Shown here: one piece after another, positions 8,292 through 12,247 of the stretch
Layout of the letters: every line of letters starts with the position of its first letter
Numbering within the stretch: position 1 is the first letter of the stretch
NCBI GenBank assembly: GCA_037381445.1
Contig: JARRQT010000157.1
Coordinates: 1-12,247, forward strand
Length of the DNA stretch: 12,247 bases
Reading direction: 5' to 3'
Source: Calditrichia bacterium
Lineage (GTDB): Bacteria; Calditrichota; Calditrichia; RBG-13-44-9
Position numbers and translations under genes: made by a program
Notes under the pieces: generated by a model
What the model saw: the letters and a program-made list of their open reading frames with translations, nothing else
Told to the model about the DNA's origin: nothing
Databases searched by the model: none

Positions 8292-8430
8292 CGTTATTTA
8301 TCACATCTTGACATATTTTTTCCGGATGGAGGTGATATCCTGACGATAACTTCACGTCCAAGCAAGAAGTCCATAGTTCCTTAATTTGGCTGATCACTGT
8401 GCGTGATTCCATATCTGATTTTATCCATCC

Positions 8431-9144
8431 TTATTTTTCCGGCCTTCTGGTCAAAATGACCGGAAGGCTGCGTATCAGAAGAATTCTCTCCGGGGACAAC
8501 TCCGCCTGATAGGCAAGGGCTTCCACTCCTTTACTCACGGCCATTCGAAGAAGCCTGCCATATTCGGGATCAATCTCATCGGCGGGGCCGACCCATCGGG
8601 CATCCGCTCTCTGGACCACATAAAAAATGACAGAACGGTGTCCCGCCTTGACCATATTCATCAGCTCCCTCATATGTTTCTGTCCCCGCGTGGTCACGGC
8701 ATCGGGAAAGAGAGCTGCCTCATTTTCCACTAGTGTCACATTTTTTACTTCCACGTAGCATCTGCTGTTGGAATTCTCCAAAAGCAAATCAATCCGGCTG
8801 TTCTCGCCATACTTCACTTCCTGCCGGATAGCATCGTAATGCTGCAATTCTTTCACTACTCCGTTCTCGATGGCTTCCTTCACCAACCTGTTGGGGTAGC
8901 CGGTATTGATTCCCACCCAGTTACCCTTAATCCGAATCAACTCCCATGTGTAGGCCAGTTTTCGGTTCGGATTATCGCTTTTTGAAAGCAGTACCGGACT
9001 GCCCGGTTCGCTGCATCCCATCATACTGCCGGAGTTGGGACAATGGGCGGTGACGACTTCTCCATTGTCCAATTCGACATCTGCCAAGAAGCGTTTATAC
9101 CTTTGAATAAGTTTTCCTGAATATAAAGGGTACGGTAATTCCAT
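8431..9144 (-). CDS. sfsA: SfsA (sugar fermentation stimulation protein A), PD-(D/E)XK nuclease fold
   Basis: RYKRFLADV, AHCPNSGSM, SRIDLLL, YVEVKNVTL, FPDAVTTRGQKHMREL and PADEIDPEY motifs. Confidence 0.97.
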   Translation of the reverse strand: MELPYPLYSGKLIQRYKRFLADVELDNGEVVTAHCPNSGSMMGCSEPGSPVLLSKSDNPNRKLAYTWELIRIKGNWVGINTGYPNRLVKEAIENGVVKELQHYDAIRQEVKYGENSRIDLLLENSNSRCYVEVKNVTLVENEAALFPDAVTTRGQKHMRELMNMVKAGHRSVIFYVVQRADARWVGPADEIDPEYGRLLRMAVSKGVEALAYQAELSPERILLIRSLPVILTRRPEK

Positions 9145-9214
9145 TTGCCATCATTTCAATTTATCATATTTCAATTTTCGAGTCATGCAGCCGTCATTAA
9201 TTTCTGCTGTTTGT

Positions 9215-10114
9215 TTACAGAATATCACTGATTTTCCATGTTCGACCGAACCTTTTGAATTCCCAGAAAAAAAGTGATTCCTTTTTGCGCTCGCAGGGAT
9301 AATGAAATATCCAGTTTCCTAGCACCAGCACTGTTGAGTCATCTGGGGAACAGTAGAATCCGGGTCTGTATAGTTCAATCTCCTGCGGGTGCTGCCTCTC
9401 AGTTTTCTGCAAAATTGAATCCTCAAACAAAGAAGGATTGGTTTGTTTCCCGGCAAAATCGGGAGATAAAAACTGCTTCATTTGCAGCGTATCCAGATTC
9501 ATCCATGAGGCGCTGAAGTCTTCCAAACGGGCATGAAGATCCCTTTCGATATCATAAGGGCACAACTTCACAGTATAACCCTCGGTATGCAGAAAGCCCA
9601 GGCGCGAATAGATTCCCCTTTTGCCGGAGAGCAGGCTGTCCGGGATTTCAGCCCGGGGAAGCCGGATCATTAATTGGTTCCGTTTGCCAAAATGAAGCTG
9701 CGAAAGACTGATTTCATATATGAATTGGGGATGTGATATGCTTTTAAGAAAACGAAGAAAAGTTCCTCTGCGGTTCAGCCGCCTTCCGTTTAAATAGACA
9801 ACGGAGCTGTCCGGGAGATATCCCGGATAGAGGTAAATAACCGGATCAACAAAATGTCCCCGCAGCACAAAATCTTTCCGGAGCCAGTAAAACGGTTCTG
9901 AATTCCCTGACGGCATTGGTGCCTGAAGGGGCGGAAGAAATTTCTGCCAGCCTGATGTCTTTTCAGCCGGCGATAAGCCGGTCGATGTATCGCCGGCGGT
10001 GATGAACCATCCGCCTTTGAGAGGAAATATATCAATATCGCCCTGATAATGCTTGCTGCAGGACGAGCATTTCAGGCATACCAAAATGGCGAAAAAAAGT
10101 GTACAATATTTCAC
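9215..10114 (-). CDS. Exported (possibly lipo-) protein with a galactose-binding-like jelly-roll domain and a C-terminal NTF2-like domain
   Basis: A GTG start at 10114 removes the overlap with the Nudix gene and yields the signal MKYCTLFFAILVCLKCSSC. LKGGW, YWLRKDF, VYLNG and GKRNQLMIRL resemble GH2/beta-galactosidase jelly-roll domains. FSASWMNLD..MKQFLSPDF and WEFKRFGRTWKI resemble NTF2/SnoaL folds. Confidence 0.65.
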   Translation of the reverse strand: MKYCTLFFAILVCLKCSSCSKHYQGDIDIFPLKGGWFITAGDTSTGLSPAEKTSGWQKFLPPLQAPMPSGNSEPFYWLRKDFVLRGHFVDPVIYLYPGYLPDSSVVYLNGRRLNRRGTFLRFLKSISHPQFIYEISLSQLHFGKRNQLMIRLPRAEIPDSLLSGKRGIYSRLGFLHTEGYTVKLCPYDIERDLHARLEDFSASWMNLDTLQMKQFLSPDFAGKQTNPSLFEDSILQKTERQHPQEIELYRPGFYCSPDDSTVLVLGNWIFHYPCERKKESLFFWEFKRFGRTWKISDIL

Positions 10115-10125
10115 GGCAGTTGGGT

Positions 10126-10827
10126 TTAGATTTTGTTTGAAGATTTCGCATTCGTTAAACGCAGCCACATTTCGCTGACTTTGGAGAAAGCGGTATTAAT
10201 AAGCTCATCCGAAGAGATCGTTTTCCGGAAATTATCGTCATCTTCACGGGCAAGCCACCCCAATTGAAGCGCCGGTTCTAATAGCAGCGGAACATAATCG
10301 GCTTTGTTCAAAAAAATTGTGCACAGATTTTTAAGCTCCCGCTGGTTAAAAGTTACAGGCAGGAACAGGTAAATCCAAAGACGCCATAAGGAATTGCACT
10401 TAAGCTCTTCCACCGCTTTTTCAATCACGTCCCGATGGTCAAAAGCCAGTTCGGGAAGTTTCTTCAGCGAAAACCATTCCGCTTTGCCCGCATCGTCGCC
10501 GGGCAGGACTTGCGGGAAAGGCGGTGAGAGAATCGCGCCAAACAGCGAAGTGATTGTTCTTCCTCTCGGATCGCGCCCGGGGTCTCCACTGAAAAGCAGC
10601 GAAAAAAGCGGCACGTCTTTCAGGGATGTCTCCTCAAACAGTTCCCTTTGTGCGGACTCCCGCAGTGTTTCGTTCATTTCGATGAATCCGCCGGGAAGCG
10701 CCCACATCCCCTCAAATGGTTCATGTTTGCGCTGCACGAGCAAAAGTTCCACGTCTGTCACATTATAGCGAAGCAGCAGCATATCAACTGTGGCCATGGG
10801 CCGGGGATAGGAATATGTGTAAGCCAT
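10126..10827 (-). CDS. Nudix hydrolase of the NrtR/ADP-ribose pyrophosphatase type with a divergent C-terminal winged-helix-like domain
   Basis: Start refined to ATG 10827 (MAYTYSYPRP, AGGA 9 nt upstream). WALPGGF, Nudix box GFIEMNETLRESAQRELFEETSL, RDPRGRTI, GDDA..AEWF and LAFDH motifs. Confidence 0.88.
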   Translation of the reverse strand: MAYTYSYPRPMATVDMLLLRYNVTDVELLLVQRKHEPFEGMWALPGGFIEMNETLRESAQRELFEETSLKDVPLFSLLFSGDPGRDPRGRTITSLFGAILSPPFPQVLPGDDAGKAEWFSLKKLPELAFDHRDVIEKAVEELKCNSLWRLWIYLFLPVTFNQRELKNLCTIFLNKADYVPLLLEPALQLGWLAREDDDNFRKTISSDELINTAFSKVSEMWLRLTNAKSSNKI

Positions 10828-10847
10828 TTGTATTTTCCTGTCGAAAG

Positions 10848-10867
10848 ACGGATGGGTAACCATCCGT
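10848..10867. other. Perfect 8-bp hairpin between the PDZ gene and the Nudix gene
   Basis: ACGGATGG-gtaa-CCATCCGT, 3 nt after the PDZ stop; followed on the minus strand only by CTTTC, so a weak terminator or an mRNA-stabilising stem. Confidence 0.6.
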
Positions 10868-10870
10868 TAT

Positions 10871-12246
10871 CTATTTTTTGAGGTCAATGAAGATAAACCG
10901 GGTCGTGCGGTCGCTGAGCACCTCGAACATGATCTTTTCAGTGGGTTCCAGTTCATTCTCAATTATTTTTCTGGCAGATTCCAGGCTCGCGACAGGTTTT
11001 CCGTTTATCTGCTGAATGATATCGCCGATACCCAATCCGGCCTGTCCGGCGGGCGAGGCGCGATCGACCTGATAAACAAAAACCCCAGGTGTTTCGAGCG
11101 GAAGATCATCCTCGTAAATGACATCGCGCGTTAATTCCCGAATCTCAAAGCCCAACTGGGGCACCGGGTAACTTTCTGCCACGACGATACTTTTCGGTGC
11201 AGCGGCCAACGGGATTTTTGCTGTGAATGTTTTACCATTCCTGAAAACTTTAAATTTGACGCTGCTGCCGGGTGACTGCGCCAGGATCATTTCCTGAAAT
11301 TTCCGGGTTTCCTCGTCCTTTTGAATATGCAGGGCGGAATCATTTATAGCGAGAATGACATCGCCGGCCTGCAATCCTGCCTTGCTGGCGGGGGATTCCG
11401 GATAGACTTTGTTGATAATAATGCCGCCGGATTGGGGCACTTTCCAGTAGGCCTGCAGCTCCCGGGAAAGACCCTGCATTCTTATCCCCAGCCAGGCTTT
11501 CTGTCCGGTTTGATCATTTTCGTAAACCATTCCGATGGAGCGATTTCCAGATAGTCTTTGCGAAGTTCATCGAATTCTGCTGGCGGATGGAAGGAGAAAT
11601 CAATGTCCTGGCCCAACGTTATGCCGATTGCCTGGCCTTGTGAATCCAGGACCAGCCCTCCGGCGCTCAGGCCCGTAGTATAATTATTTATCAGAAATTT
11701 GCGCCGCGGGGATTCAATAACCGCATTTATAAGGTGCGGTGTGAATAAAGGTTGAAAATCATAATACTGCGGCAGCAATTCCAGGCAGTAAACACTGTCT
11801 GCTATTCCATATTTTTCTGTCGAAACGAATGAGACATAAGGAAATTTTTTGTCCTCCGGCAAATCTGTCAGGCGGATCAAAGCGGTCTGCGCCTGATCGT
11901 CTTTTCCCAGAAATTCAGCAGGATATTCCGTGCCATCCGATAATTTAATTTTGAAATCGCTGGGCTTTCCGGAAAGCATGGAATTCGCTCCGGAAACCAT
12001 ATCCAGTGAAACGGGATAGATATCGCTGCTGGCCATGACCAGCCCGTCAGCGCTTACCAGTATGCCAGTCCGGTGGCGTTTTATTTTGTTGAAGGAACCA
12101 ATCCGTGAATCGCTGGCGATGTTTTGATAATAGGTTATGAGGCAGATTGTTTCCCTGTATTGTTTATAAATATCTTTGGGCGAAACGCCCGCCAGGGCTG
12201 TCACAGCAGCCGCCAGGAGGATTAAGAGAATCAGGACTTTTTTCAT
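10871..12246 (-). pseudogene. HtrA/DegP-like trypsin-fold plus 2xPDZ gene split by a frameshift near 11510 (pseudogene or sequence error)
   Basis: ORF 11482-12246 has a signal peptide and trypsin-like fold (TGILVSADGLVM, AEFLGKD...ALIRL, GGLVLDSQGQAIGI). The overlapping ORF 10871-11530 has two PDZ domains (AWLGI, SPASKAGLQAGDVILAIND, SPAGQAGLGIGDIIQQINGKPV). One added base joins them into a 458-aa protein. Confidence 0.8.
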
Positions 12247-12247
12247 A

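Noticed and set aside
8308..8341. Perfect TTGACA on the plus strand as an antisense promoter to sfsA
   Set aside because: No acceptable -10 at 16-19 nt; the nearest, TATCCT, is 22 nt away.
8117..8412. Two short minus-strand ORFs (8412-8260, 50 aa; 8263-8117, 48 aa) joined by an ATGA overlap
   Set aside because: No recognisable motifs and no well-spaced SD. The junction coincides with the TAAAAT -10 element of the candidate promoter, which explains the sequence more simply. Ribosome profiling could revive them.
10115..10168. 43-nt overlap between the Nudix gene and the 317-aa ORF
   Set aside because: It disappears if the GTG at 10114 is used, which also puts the signal peptide at the N-terminus.
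10828..10863. N-terminal extension MVTHPSFDRKIQ of the Nudix ORF
   Set aside because: This ATG lies within the intergenic hairpin; ATG 10827 has an SD and gives the family-typical YTYxYPRP start.

Overview
Bacterial chromosomal window made up mostly of housekeeping and envelope genes. No mobile element, CRISPR array, rRNA or tRNA was seen. The overall style suggests a diderm FCB-related lineage such as Calditrichota, but this is an impression, not a search result. Gene order: 3' part of gyrA (+), rex (+), then on the minus strand a DUF456 membrane protein, a TrmH/SpoU methyltransferase and a small CxCxC protein; a signal-peptide outer-membrane beta-barrel candidate (+), comF (+), a secreted DUF4412 protein (-), and a minus-strand run of an HtrA-like trypsin/2xPDZ gene (split by a frameshift, catalytic triad apparently lost), an NrtR-like Nudix protein, a jelly-roll/NTF2-like exported protein and sfsA. 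I could not establish a complete novel multi-gene system. The best leads are: (i) the sfsA-DUF4412 spacer with two strand-specific clusters of A(N)GGA motifs around a good sigma70-like promoter, resembling CsrA-binding RNA; (ii) the triad-less, frameshifted HtrA-like pseudoprotease; (iii) a non-canonical GyrA-box (QNRNTRG); (iv) an NrtR-like protein with an eroded DNA-binding domain; (v) a 9-mer, TTACCGGAG, recurring in 3' intergenic DNA.
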